NCBI GenBank assembly: GCA_040752695.1
Contig: JBFMGO010000003.1
Coordinates: 1 to 64,000, forward strand
Origin: a bacterium
GTDB taxonomy: Bacteria; SZUA-182; DTGQ01
Direction: 5' to 3'
DNA length: 64,000 bases
Part shown: positions 1 to 9,884 of the stretch, piece after piece
Numbering within the stretch: the first letter of the stretch is position 1
Layout: each line of letters opens with the position of its first letter
Notes under the pieces: generated by a model
Told to the model about the DNA's origin: nothing
Databases searched by the model: none
Seen by the model: only the letters and a program-made list of their open reading frames with translations
Translations under genes and position numbers: made by a program

Positions 1-181
1 TGACTCCGTAATCGCGTGCCCAGGTGCACAGCATCTCCCCCGAACCGCTGCCGAGGTCGAGCACTCGGGTCCCCCTTTCCAGACGCAGCGCCGCGCCGAG
101 AGTGGCGAGCTTTTCGGGTGTGAACGGATTATGGATGCGGTGAGCACTTTCGGTGATGTTGAAGATCCGTGGAATGTCCAT
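1..181 (-). CDS. yjhP: class I SAM-dependent methyltransferase, YjhP-like (5' part only, runs off the window)
   Basis: Manual translation MDIPRIFNITESAHRIHNPFTPEKLATLGAALRLERGTRVLDLGSGSGEMLCTWARDYGV has the SAM motif I (LDLGSGSG) and a YjhP-like N-terminus; SD TAAGGAG upstream. Confidence 0.85.
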   Translation of the reverse strand, partial: MDIPRIFNITESAHRIHNPFTPEKLATLGAALRLERGTRVLDLGSGSGEMLCTWARDYGV

Positions 182-222
182 TTCGGGAAATCTCCTTATG
201 GGTGTGAATAGATTCGATCACT

Positions 223-255
223 GCCTAACAAGTTATTATAAAGTTTCTGTATAAC
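223..255 (-). other. possible integron attI-like recombination site
   Basis: Minus strand GTTATAC-agaaact-TTATAAT-aactt-GTTAGGC: a GTTRRRY core about 40 bp before the methyltransferase ATG. Confidence 0.35.
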
Positions 256-887
256 CTCAAGGAATACGCAGTATCAACTTAATTTTTCATTTGATAATAA
301 CCTAAAAAATAATGATTGACAAGGATTATCATCCGGTTATTGGCACCCCTCCCTAACCAGTTATTTATAACTTCGCGTTTTGATTTTGTGATACGAATAA
401 TTTGGGGTTTTAGGAATGAAGGAAGGCATAGAATCTGTTCATTGAGCCATTTTTAGGCTGGCGATTTCGTGAACCTTAAATTATGCGAAGGCGAGGTTCA
501 TGCATACTCTCCCTGTAAGTGCTCCACTTCGAAGAGAGTAACATCTTTGGATTTTTTCAAACTCCCTCCTCCGGGTTTTGTGGTAAGCTATGTACAGCCT
601 CCAGAGGTAATGATACGCAGGTTTAAGAACCACAGTGCTGATCAGGAAATGGGGAGAAGGATAAGATAGCGAGAATGGAAGATAAGCGTTAACCATGGAA
701 GGTACTCAAGCAGGTATCTGCCGATGACCCGGATACGATAACCACAGATCCTCGCCGTCAGGATGGCAGGGCCTGCCTCTCGCGGCTGGTCGCCGCCGCT
801 ATCCAAAATCCGGGCTCACACCCTTGCCCCTCTCTTCTCCTTGCGCGAGAAGAGGGGGATGAGAGCGATAACAAAGAGTGCTTTTTA

Positions 888-967
888 AGCAGTCAATTTG
901 TCTTGAGCTGGCTAACTTTTACTCATCTTGAGCAGTCAATTTGTCTTGAGCTGGCTGACTTTTACTC
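888..967. repeat. 43-bp-period tandem duplication
   Basis: agcagtcaatttgtcttgagctggct(a/g)acttttactc at 888 and 931. Confidence 0.9.
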
Positions 968-993
968 GTTGCCACCGACTGCGTATTATCTGT

Positions 994-2115
994 TTATCTG
1001 TCGTACTGCTTGGCGCCTCGTGAGGGGCCGGAACGTTGCCTGTCCGCTTTTTTGGTTCTGCGATTATCATGCGTAAATTGCCGGCGTTGATCCTGGTGGG
1101 GATACCGTTGCTGGTCATTATTATACGAAGACCGTTGATAATCGCTGTTCGAGGACCGCTGATAACCATTATTTGCGGGTCGTTGCTGGTAACCATTATT
1201 TGCAGATCGCTGCTGGTAACCATTATTTGCGGGTCGTTGCTGATAATCATTGTTTGAAGGTCGTTGATAATCACGGCGAGAGGGCCTTTGCTGATCATTT
1301 TGCGAAGACCGGGGATAATCATTGTATTGTGGACGCTGATAGTCACGGCGAGGAGGTCGCTGCTGATGTGGCTGATGCTGGTGCGGTTGATGCTGATCAC
1401 GGTAAGAAGGCCGCTGATAATCACGGGATCGCTGATGGTCATGACCCTGGGGCCGTTGCTGCCTCTTACCCGGGAATGCTGATGAAGGGAGATCAAACTT
1501 CAAGAGTTTTTCCAATCCGCGCCAGGCATTGACGTAGATATCGTATCTGGCGGCTTTGATTGAATCCAGAACTCCCTGTTTTGGAATGTATAATTCATTG
1601 GATATCGCGGCAACATCACCACTTTTGCGGTAAACTTCAACGATCTTGCGCTGTCGATCAGTCATAGCCTCATCCATTTCATGAATGAAGTAAAATAAGG
1701 CGTTGAGAGCCTCACTCATCTCGAACCCGTGAAAGAGCAGAAAACTACCTCCTTCTTTGGCCTTAGCCATGGCTTTTCTGGCTGAAAAAAAGCATCCGCC
1801 AGGCTCAGTTTCTTCCGGGGGCCCCAACACGCCCAAGCCGATCCCCAGATGGGTTCCAATATCTTTCCCAAACTCCTCATTGTAAAGGGATAAAAAATCC
1901 TGTAAGGGAAAACTCCGATCAAACGCTCCCTTGAATTCCGTATCGTTGATAATCGTAAAACCAACATGGATGTTATCCTCAAAGGTAGCATTGATTTTGT
2001 CCAGGAGTATTCGCAAACGGCCCAGACTGTGGCCCCGACTGGGGAGATCCTCTAAACCGACAAGGTCTCCGAAGATACCAATAGCTTTGTTGCCCATAGC
2101 TTTAGAATAATTCAT
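994..2115 (-). CDS. divergent SatD-family protein with Q/N/Y/R-rich low-complexity C-terminal tail
   Basis: N-terminal GDLVG..., GIGLG, MTDRQ and HTH-like segment follow the SatD layout; tail of QRPANNGYQ-type 9-aa repeats. Confidence 0.6.
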   Translation of the reverse strand: MNYSKAMGNKAIGIFGDLVGLEDLPSRGHSLGRLRILLDKINATFEDNIHVGFTIINDTEFKGAFDRSFPLQDFLSLYNEEFGKDIGTHLGIGLGVLGPPEETEPGGCFFSARKAMAKAKEGGSFLLFHGFEMSEALNALFYFIHEMDEAMTDRQRKIVEVYRKSGDVAAISNELYIPKQGVLDSIKAARYDIYVNAWRGLEKLLKFDLPSSAFPGKRQQRPQGHDHQRSRDYQRPSYRDQHQPHQHQPHQQRPPRRDYQRPQYNDYPRSSQNDQQRPSRRDYQRPSNNDYQQRPANNGYQQRSANNGYQQRPANNGYQRSSNSDYQRSSYNNDQQRYPHQDQRRQFTHDNRRTKKADRQRSGPSRGAKQYDR

Positions 2116-2473
2116 AATGTGTCCGACTTTAACTCCTCTTTTGTTTATCTCACACCTGGCTGTTTATCAGTCAATAATACCATCATATCACGTTATAGGA
2201 ATATAGCAAGTCATTTGGGAATTACAAACGTATAAATATTTAATCATATTTTGATGTGCCCAAAGATTTATAGTGCTATAATTATATACCTTGAGCTTTC
2301 TGAAACTCACTTTTGAATTCTCAGGGACAATTTTGTCCCTTGAAACCAGGGACGATGGCTTCCATCCCGAGCGCTCAAGAAGGGCCGCCGCCTCTATCCC
2401 GCGCGCTCAAAGAAAGGGGCGCAGGCATTGTGAAAGCAAGAGGGAGCATGCCTTTTGCCTGAGTGGTTAAATC

Positions 2474-3199
2474 ATGTATGAACCCAGATTGTACCGCCAG
2501 ACATGTGAATCACAGGATCTTATCCCCTTTTCGATTGTGGTCAAGGAAACTGACCTTTTTATCCTGGCTGATAAAAATCTTAAGGAGATAGCAAAACAGG
2601 CAACTCTGAATTGCCGGGCTGATCTGGAAAGGTATATCGCGCACAATCCTGAATTTCTCACCAGCCTGGAGCCTCTGCCCGATGATCACGAAGCGCCCGC
2701 AATTATCTCTTCCATGATCAATGCCAGCCGCAAGGCCGGTGTCGGGCCTATGGCTGCGGTAGCCGGAGCTGTATCGGAATTTGTCGGTTTGGAGCTCTTG
2801 AACCAGTGTCAGCAGGCCATTGTGGAAAATGGGGGAGACATTTTTATCAGCAGCTTAAAGACACGGTTCGTGAAAATCTTTGCCGGGAAATCTCCATTCA
2901 GCAACAGGATTGCCCTGGAAATTGAGCCGGAGTGGCTTCCCGCAGGAGGTGTGTGTACCTCTTCAGGAACAGTGGGACATTCCTTGAGCTTCGGCCTGGC
3001 TGATGCAGTGGTGATTATTTCGCCTTCGACTGCCCTGGCAGACGCTGCCGCAACAGCCATCGGAAACATAGTCAAGACCAAAGAGGACATTGACCGGGCG
3101 CTGGCCGTAGCGGAAACTATCGAAGGAGTGAAAGGCGCGGTTATCATTAAAGATGATCGGGCCGGGTTCTGGGGGAAAGTAAAAATAAAAAAATTATGA
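2474..3199 (+). CDS. UPF0280 / ApbE-like family protein
   Basis: GPMAAVAGA, IVENGGDI, CTSSGTVGHSLSFG and ADAAATAIGN motifs. Confidence 0.9.
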   Translation: MYEPRLYRQTCESQDLIPFSIVVKETDLFILADKNLKEIAKQATLNCRADLERYIAHNPEFLTSLEPLPDDHEAPAIISSMINASRKAGVGPMAAVAGAVSEFVGLELLNQCQQAIVENGGDIFISSLKTRFVKIFAGKSPFSNRIALEIEPEWLPAGGVCTSSGTVGHSLSFGLADAVVIISPSTALADAAATAIGNIVKTKEDIDRALAVAETIEGVKGAVIIKDDRAGFWGKVKIKKL

Positions 3200-3268
3200 C
3201 CTGTTTCCCTTGAAATGCCGGATATACAATTGAAATGCGGTATGAACAACGAAAAGGGAGGATAATAT

Positions 3269-4789
3269 TCAACTGAAATTTGAAACTCCGTGCTGTTTCA
3301 AAAGAGCGTAGAGCCGGGATCGAGACAGGCCGGACCTGACACAGGCCTCTTTGATATTGCCACCTGTGAGCAACATAAGATCATGGAGATAGCGGCTCTC
3401 AGCTTCAGCCATGGTGGTAGACCGGAAGTCTCCCAGTGTTGGGAATGACGTCGGGGAGTCGGGATTCACTACGCTTTTCTCTCCGGCGACGGGTTTCGTT
3501 TTCTCTCTGGACCCTTCCGTGGAATTAATCCTGATATCCTCTCTGGTATTTTCCTTGATACCCTCCCTGGCACTATCCCTGGTATCTTCCCTGGCGGCGG
3601 AAGAATCTTTTCTGAGTGAAGCTTTGGCTATATGAATTCGGATATAGGTCGGCAGGTGTCTGGGGAACAGGGTGCGGTCATGCCCCGCCGCGGCCAGTGT
3701 CCTCTCGATAGTATTTACCAGTTCCCGGACATTGCCGGGCCAGTTATACGACAGCATTGCATCGAAAAATTCCGGAGCAAAATTCTTTGGCTCTATTCCA
3801 TAGCGCGTGCAGAGTCTATTCATATGATATCTGGCCAGTTCTTTCATATCTTCGCTCCGCCCTCTTAAGGGGGGCAACTCGATGATAAAGGAGCGAAGAC
3901 GAAACAGAAGGTCTTTCCGGAATTGTCCTTTCTCTACCATATAATCGAGGTTTTGATTGGTTGCTGCCACAAGCCTGAAGTCGCTCTCTACCTCCTGTTT
4001 ACTGCCCAATGGCCGGAAATGGTGTTCCTGAAGGACCCGCAGGAAGGCTTTTTGGAGAGAGAGGGGAAGTTCGCCCACCTCATCGAGAAACAGCGTACCT
4101 CCATCAGCCTGGCTGATCAGACCACTCCTGGCTCTATCCGCGCCGGTAAAGGCACCCTTTTCATGCCCGAACAACACGCTTTCCACTAATGTCTCTGGAA
4201 GCGCGGCACAATCGACCACAACAAAGTTACTCTGGGCCCGGCTGCTGTTCTCATGAATTGCACGGGCAAAAAGCTCTTTACCGGTACCGGTTTCACCCGT
4301 GATAAGAACGCTTGCTTCACTGTTTGCCGCCTGAGCCAAAAGATCAAAACAGGCTTCCATGAGGGGACTGCTCCCAATGATGTTTTCCTTCCTCAGGGCC
4401 GCAGGCTGCTTCTCTGTCTTCTTTCCCTCGCGGTACTGAATGGCACGAACGAGGGGAAGTGTCATCGCCTGTATTGAAGAGGGCTTTTCAATATAATCCC
4501 ATGCGCCGCTTTTAATGGCCAGCTCAGCGCCGTCGGGATCTCCTGCACCGGTGATGATAATGACCTCAGGAGAGGATGATGTTGCCCGAAGCTTCGGTAA
4601 CATGTCCAACCCATTCCCATCGGGCATCTGGACATCGAGAAAGACCACATCGAACACTTCCGATAGTGCCTTTTTGTGGCCATCATCAAGGGTGTTGACG
4701 CAGGTAACATCATACCCTTTCCGTTTTACCATAAAGGAGAGCATGCTGCACATCTTTTGATCATCGTCAATAATCAGTACCTTAGCCAT
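3269..4789 (-). CDS. sigma-54-dependent response regulator (NtrC family: REC-AAA+-HTH)
   Basis: REC (IDDD, FLD), Walker A GETGTGKE, GAFTGA, Walker B FLDE, WPGNVREL, C-terminal Fis-type HTH. Confidence 0.95.
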   Translation of the reverse strand: MAKVLIIDDDQKMCSMLSFMVKRKGYDVTCVNTLDDGHKKALSEVFDVVFLDVQMPDGNGLDMLPKLRATSSSPEVIIITGAGDPDGAELAIKSGAWDYIEKPSSIQAMTLPLVRAIQYREGKKTEKQPAALRKENIIGSSPLMEACFDLLAQAANSEASVLITGETGTGKELFARAIHENSSRAQSNFVVVDCAALPETLVESVLFGHEKGAFTGADRARSGLISQADGGTLFLDEVGELPLSLQKAFLRVLQEHHFRPLGSKQEVESDFRLVAATNQNLDYMVEKGQFRKDLLFRLRSFIIELPPLRGRSEDMKELARYHMNRLCTRYGIEPKNFAPEFFDAMLSYNWPGNVRELVNTIERTLAAAGHDRTLFPRHLPTYIRIHIAKASLRKDSSAAREDTRDSAREGIKENTREDIRINSTEGSREKTKPVAGEKSVVNPDSPTSFPTLGDFRSTTMAEAESRYLHDLMLLTGGNIKEACVRSGLSRSRLYALLKQHGVSNFS

Positions 4790-6578
4790 GTTGACGTCTC
4801 ATCCCGCTTTCGATAAGTACATTCCTGACAACCTCGGCTACCTGATACATATCGAGCGGCTTCATGATCAGTTTCCGGATGCCAAGGGCCTTCACTCTTA
4901 TCGGTGTGGCTTCCTCATTGAATCCGGTGCACAGGATGATTGGAATATCGGGCCGGATAGCTATCAGTTCCCTGGCTAATTCCGTACCGCTCATGTTCGG
5001 CATAACCTGATCAAGGATGACCAGATCGAACTTTTTCGGCTCCTCCCGGAAGGTATCCAGTGCTTCAAGACTGCTCGTTCTCGGAAAAACTTCATATCCC
5101 AGATGGGCCAATATCTGCTGGCCTACGTAAACGATAGATTCCTCATCATCAACCAGAAGGATGCTCCCCTCCCCACGGGGAAAAGATTCGGATATTTTCG
5201 ATTCCGGCTGTACAAGTTCCTGCTGTACCGGTTTTTTCAGCTCCAGAGTTGACAGCCTCTGTTTTTGCTGCACCGGTCCTTGCCGCATCCTCTCTTTCCT
5301 TTCCTCGTCCAGGCTGTTACAGGTATGAATCTGCCTGAGCAGACTCTTGGCGTGGTGAATAGCCTTAAGCATCTCAAGAAGATAAGGCCGTGCAGGGTTT
5401 TCCTCGGAGGTTGAGTCCAGGGTCAACTCGGTGTAGCCCATGAGAATGGCGAGAATATTGTTAAAGTCGTGAACAGGTCCTCGACGCAAGCCGGCAGCGG
5501 CATTTCCCGTCCCCGTCGCCTGCTTTTGTTCATCGGTATTAAGAGCAACGCCATTCCAAAGGACGCTGCCATCCGATAACAAATGCGGGTAGGCAACAGC
5601 ATGGAGCCATATTACTTCTCCGGCCTTTGTGTTTATCCGAAATTCTGCCTTGCAGGTATCCAGGATCTGTGCTGACCTGGTAATTGTCTTTATTACGTGA
5701 TCAAGGTCCTCTGGAACTATCAGGTCAAGTAACCCGGACGGATTAAACTCTCCTGCCCTCAAGCCGCTTATTTGGTAAAAGGCTTCACTGGCAAAGGGCA
5801 GAGAAAGGGAGCCGTCTTTTTTCAACATAAGATGGAAAACAATGCCCGGAATACCGGCAGCGACTTCCCGGCACTTGATCTTACTTTCCCGAAGAGCAGT
5901 TTCAAGCATCCTGTATTCAACAATTTCACCAATCAGTCTGGCTGAAATAAGCAGGCGCTGCTTGGCAGTATTAACAGTAAGAGAGGACTGCCGATTGGAT
6001 GCGCAGCCCTGTTCGATAAGGCTGTCTGCGCTGATACCATATCTTTCGGCAATTTTTTTTACCTTTGCACGGGCTTTCGGCGGGTTGCCGCATCCGAAAT
6101 TAATGCTCCCTATGACTTCTCCCCGCGCGTGAATCGGAACAGCAAAAAGACACATGCCTCCCAGGCATTCAGCTTCAACCGGCCGATTCCTCTCTATGGA
6201 AAGCTTCGAAGCGTTCCAGCACGACTCGTGGCAGTGCCACAGGCCGCTTTTCAATGCCTCTGCATTATCATCTGTCTTACACAGGTTGCGGGAAGCATGA
6301 TCAAGCAAACGGCACCAGCCTGAAGAGTAGATTCCAAGAGCGTAATCTCCATTTTTTTCGTAAATCGCTACAGAAGTATTCAGAAATTCAATGAAGTAGC
6401 TCACTATAGTAAAAAGTAAATCCTCTCCCACCGAGTCTAATAACAAACGGCAGGTGTTGAGTGCTGCCAAATTACCGTAAGGCTGCTCGTATACCTCTTT
6501 TTGCATCTTCCGGAGAGATACGCCCAATTCTGTCTTTTCGCCTGTAGCTTTTTGATCTTCCTCTTTGTGCATTTTCAA
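4782..6578 (-). CDS. hybrid sensor-like protein: PocR-like, PAS, HisKA (HDFNN) and REC, with no HATPase domain
   Basis: Cys-rich PocR-type segment (SGWC..., CHESCW, EC.GG...FAVPI), PAS/PAC, H-box HDFNNIL, then directly ILLVDDE REC; overlaps the regulator start; N-terminus uncertain. Confidence 0.75.
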   Translation of the reverse strand: MKMHKEEDQKATGEKTELGVSLRKMQKEVYEQPYGNLAALNTCRLLLDSVGEDLLFTIVSYFIEFLNTSVAIYEKNGDYALGIYSSGWCRLLDHASRNLCKTDDNAEALKSGLWHCHESCWNASKLSIERNRPVEAECLGGMCLFAVPIHARGEVIGSINFGCGNPPKARAKVKKIAERYGISADSLIEQGCASNRQSSLTVNTAKQRLLISARLIGEIVEYRMLETALRESKIKCREVAAGIPGIVFHLMLKKDGSLSLPFASEAFYQISGLRAGEFNPSGLLDLIVPEDLDHVIKTITRSAQILDTCKAEFRINTKAGEVIWLHAVAYPHLLSDGSVLWNGVALNTDEQKQATGTGNAAAGLRRGPVHDFNNILAILMGYTELTLDSTSEENPARPYLLEMLKAIHHAKSLLRQIHTCNSLDEERKERMRQGPVQQKQRLSTLELKKPVQQELVQPESKISESFPRGEGSILLVDDEESIVYVGQQILAHLGYEVFPRTSSLEALDTFREEPKKFDLVILDQVMPNMSGTELARELIAIRPDIPIILCTGFNEEATPIRVKALGIRKLIMKPLDMYQVAEVVRNVLIESGMRRQHG

Positions 6579-7395
6579 GCTGCTTTCCTCCGGTGATTCC
6601 TATCCATCGACCAATAATTTCCTGTGGATTGCCATTGCTGTTTCTCACCAGCCATAGCGCGTTGTGCACCCATTGATAGGTACCATTTTTATGTCGAAAC
6701 CTGAAGTCGAGAGTGTGATACTCCTCTTTCGTCAGGCGAGATAAAACCGCGAGGACATGCGGGGCATCCCCGCGGTGAATATGGTTGATCCAAAACCCGG
6801 GATCTGCCGTGAATTCCGCCGATTCGTACCCGAAAAGCGCTTTGACTTCCTGGCTCATAAAGGTACATGCATAATCGCCTGTTGGCTTGCAACTATAAAT
6901 GACTGTCGAGCCTATGGTAATGAACTGTTCCCATTGCCTGCGGCTTCCCAAAATTTCCCTCTTTATCCTCCTGCATCCAGTGATGTCAGTGATAAATGCG
7001 TAGTAATATTGGATATTTCCTTCAAAATCACAAACCGGATGAACAAACATTTCTACCGGAACTCTTGTTCCGTCATGACGAATGTACTCCTTCTCGTAAA
7101 GCAGCGGCTGGCCGGTAAGGAGCAGATACTCCAATGCCCTTGCTTCCGTTTCCCGCCACTCCAAAGGCGTTAGATCAACAGCCCAATCCATGGTACGTAA
7201 TTGCACTTCAGGATAGCCCAAGAGTTCACAGCATCTCCGATTAAAGGCGATTATGCGGCCATCAAGGTGTCCTACCCAAAAGGGCTGTGAAGTGCGCCGA
7301 CAGATATCGGCCAGAAATCGCAAGCGTTCCCAACTGTCTTCCTCTTGCTCGGTGGGCCAGGCTTTTATTTCATTCTCGTCTTTTTCAGGTAACAT
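6472..7395 (-). CDS. tandem PAS/PAC protein; possibly the frameshifted 5' part of the downstream sensor
   Basis: YEKEYIRHDGTRVPV...DIT and FRHKNGTYQWV PAC motifs; 107-bp out-of-frame overlap with 4782..6578. Confidence 0.75.
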   Translation of the reverse strand: MLPEKDENEIKAWPTEQEEDSWERLRFLADICRRTSQPFWVGHLDGRIIAFNRRCCELLGYPEVQLRTMDWAVDLTPLEWRETEARALEYLLLTGQPLLYEKEYIRHDGTRVPVEMFVHPVCDFEGNIQYYYAFITDITGCRRIKREILGSRRQWEQFITIGSTVIYSCKPTGDYACTFMSQEVKALFGYESAEFTADPGFWINHIHRGDAPHVLAVLSRLTKEEYHTLDFRFRHKNGTYQWVHNALWLVRNSNGNPQEIIGRWIGITGGKQLENAQRGRSKSYRRKDRIGRISPEDAKRGIRAALR

Positions 7396-7811
7396 GATTG
7401 CCTATTCCCTCAATTCAAGGGTTTTCAACTGCCGTAACTACTTTTAGGTTGTTAAGGCTTGCAGGCTGTAGGGCTTGCAGGCCATAAGACTTGCAGGCTG
7501 TTGGTTATATATAGGTGCAGGTTGTAAAGCTGTAGGTTGTATTAGGTGCATACAGGTGCAGGCTCTCGTTTAAAAGCCTTTCATGCAGAAAGGGACACGT
7601 TGCTTCCGCCTCCAGTCTATCTACACCCAGTCTAAATGCCTCCAGATCTATCTACCTAAATAGTTACCGACTGCCTTGGTTGCGCTTCTTTACCTTTATT
7701 TTCAGAGCGCTAAGAAAACAGCATAACGAAGATAACGAAAAAATACTATAACGAGGAATACTATATAATGAGCAGCTCACTATTATTATCGGCAGGGTAT
7801 GTTTTAGAATT

Positions 7812-7945
7812 CAGGGAGCAGGAGTCAGGAGCCATAAGCCAGAGATCAACAACCAGAAGCCAGTATCCAGCGATCAATATCCAGCAGCCAACAACCAGAG
7901 GACAGAATCCAGCGGCCAAGCAGCCAATGGTCAGTAGCCAGTACT
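7812..7945. repeat. degenerate 7-bp-period purine-rich repeat tract
   Basis: Recurrent (c/t)cag units, e.g. gccagag, accagaa, gccagta, tccagcg. Confidence 0.5.
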
Positions 7946-8344
7946 GGCCGGCGGAAGTCCGGTTTCTTCCCCTTGGGATGAGGCAGGCTGCCTATCCATC
8001 TGCCTTAAGGGAGCGGTGTACGAGCACCGGAAGTCAAGGCTCTTTGCAATCTCATACAACTATCGCCGTGATATTGATAAATTTTTCATAGTATGAATAT
8101 TAATTCACAGCTATCCTTCGATATGCATTGTTATTCACTAACTCTCTTAACCTGTTCTCGTTAAACAGAAAAAACTACCTCTATACAAAAAAATAATCGA
8201 ACTTCTCTTTTTCAGTTGCCGATCAGGGATCGTCAAAAATTCTCTTGAGGGCTTATCCCGTTCATGGTTTCCTTGCCACTCTACATGTGATAATTAATTG
8301 TATAATTGGATGTTTCCCCTATGCAGCATAGGTCTTCATTCGCA

Positions 8345-8360
8345 TGGTACGGGGTTTGCA
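8345..8360 (+). promoter_or_regulatory. putative sigma-54 (-24/-12) promoter
   Basis: TGGTACG-GGGT-TTGCA has the GG-N10-GC spacing; about 300 bp upstream of 8656 and divergent from the sensor/NtrC locus. Confidence 0.6.
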
Positions 8361-8655
8361 GACAATATAAAGCAAGCTTCATTTTGTCAAAGGATTTAGG
8401 AATGGCCTTCGAATAGAGTCACTTTCTGTAACTCTATTCCTTAAAGGGGGGTGATTGATTTATATGCCATACCAGAGTAATCCTTACCGAGCACTAACAG
8501 GCTCAAAGAGTATTTCCTTTTTCTTTCTCGATCTTGACATGTCAGGTTGGTTGGTTTGTCACTGGTTTCCAAACATGATGAGATCACGATGAGATAGTGG
8601 CGCAGATTGTTGTATTGCTCCTGTTTTTCCTTACTCTCTACGGAAGGTTAAGAAT

Positions 8656-9771
8656 ATGAAGAAAAATTGGTTTTGGAAGTTTACCAGAGCGGCTGGCTTG
8701 ATGCCGTTAGTTTTTCTGTTGATGGCATGGGCAGATGGAATACCGGTTCTGGCTCAGACATACCCTTACACATCAACATATCCTTATTCATCAACATACC
8801 CATATTCATCAACATATCCATATACATCATCATACTCGACTTACACGGGAACTAACCCCTATTCAGGATATTCCACTTATGGGACAGGTTATGGTACAGG
8901 ATATTACGGCACCGGCTACTACGGTACTGGGTACGGAACGGGCTACTATGGCACAGGATACGGTACCGGTTACGGCACGGGTTACGGCACGGGATACTAC
9001 GGTACTGGATACGGTACCGGTTACGGCACAGGATACTATGGCACAGGATACGGTACCGGTTACGGCACGGGTTACGGCACGGGTTACGGCACGGGATACT
9101 ACGGTACTGGATACGGTACCGGTTACGGCACGGGATACTACGGTACAGGCTACGGAACAGGATATGGGAATTATGGTTATTCCTCCACCTACAATCCATA
9201 CAGTCTTTATAGCAGTCTCGGTGCCTACGGAAGGACTTCGCCCTATGCCGGACTTTACAGTGGACTTTATGGCGGACTTTACAGTGGACTTTATAGTGGA
9301 CTTTATGGCGGATACGGGAGCTATGGGGGAGCCCTCAGCACAGCATACGGCCTTGGCGGCTATGGGCTGCCGAGTAGCGTCTATAGCCTGGCCGCACTTT
9401 ACGGAGGTTTGGGGGGACTGGGAGGCATAAGCAGCGCGACTGGTCTTGGGAGCTTGAGCAGCTTAACCGGCCTGAGTAGTTTGTACGGCGGGGGAACAAG
9501 CTTGCTTACGAGCCCGTATTATGGTCCGGGAGGAACGACGGCTTCCGTCAATCCCTTCGGGCTTCAAAATCTTTATTATACCATTACTACACCCGGCGGT
9601 ATCCAATTCCAGGTACCGTTTCTCCAAATAGCATCAACACTGGGGGTTGGATCGTTATACAGTCAACTCTTTCCCTCCCTCTTCAACCCCTCAGGCAGCA
9701 GCAATAATACGAATACCGGTACCACTGGTACTACCAGTAGCACGACGGCAGGAGGAAGTATCATCTACTAA
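8656..9771 (+). CDS. secreted Gly/Tyr/Thr-rich repeat protein
   Basis: Sec-type signal peptide (MKKNWFWKF...PVLA-Q), TYPY(S/T)S x4, about 20 GTGY(Y) units, GLY(S/G) repeats; synonymous variation between repeats supports coding. Confidence 0.85.
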   Translation: MKKNWFWKFTRAAGLMPLVFLLMAWADGIPVLAQTYPYTSTYPYSSTYPYSSTYPYTSSYSTYTGTNPYSGYSTYGTGYGTGYYGTGYYGTGYGTGYYGTGYGTGYGTGYGTGYYGTGYGTGYGTGYYGTGYGTGYGTGYGTGYGTGYYGTGYGTGYGTGYYGTGYGTGYGNYGYSSTYNPYSLYSSLGAYGRTSPYAGLYSGLYGGLYSGLYSGLYGGYGSYGGALSTAYGLGGYGLPSSVYSLAALYGGLGGLGGISSATGLGSLSSLTGLSSLYGGGTSLLTSPYYGPGGTTASVNPFGLQNLYYTITTPGGIQFQVPFLQIASTLGVGSLYSQLFPSLFNPSGSSNNTNTGTTGTTSSTTAGGSIIY

Positions 9772-9840
9772 GTGTAACCACATAATTTAACCGTACGGGG
9801 ATGTCCATATATTTATATGGCTTCAAAAGGCGGTATGAAC

Positions 9841-9884
9841 CCCCCCTCACCCTAACCCTCTCCCCCTTTAAGGGGGAGAGGGAA
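9841..9884. repeat. REP-like palindromic element
   Basis: cccccctcaccctaaccctctccccc-ttta-agggggagaggg; related hairpins near 821-860, 18981-19017, 30512-30567, 44606-44648 and 51154-51187. Confidence 0.6.

Noticed and set aside
888..967. Possible mini CRISPR array
   Set aside because: Two near-adjacent copies with no spacer-length unique sequence and no cas genes.
7768..8091. 107-aa ORF
   Set aside because: Runs through a heptamer repeat tract, with no SD or recognisable domain.
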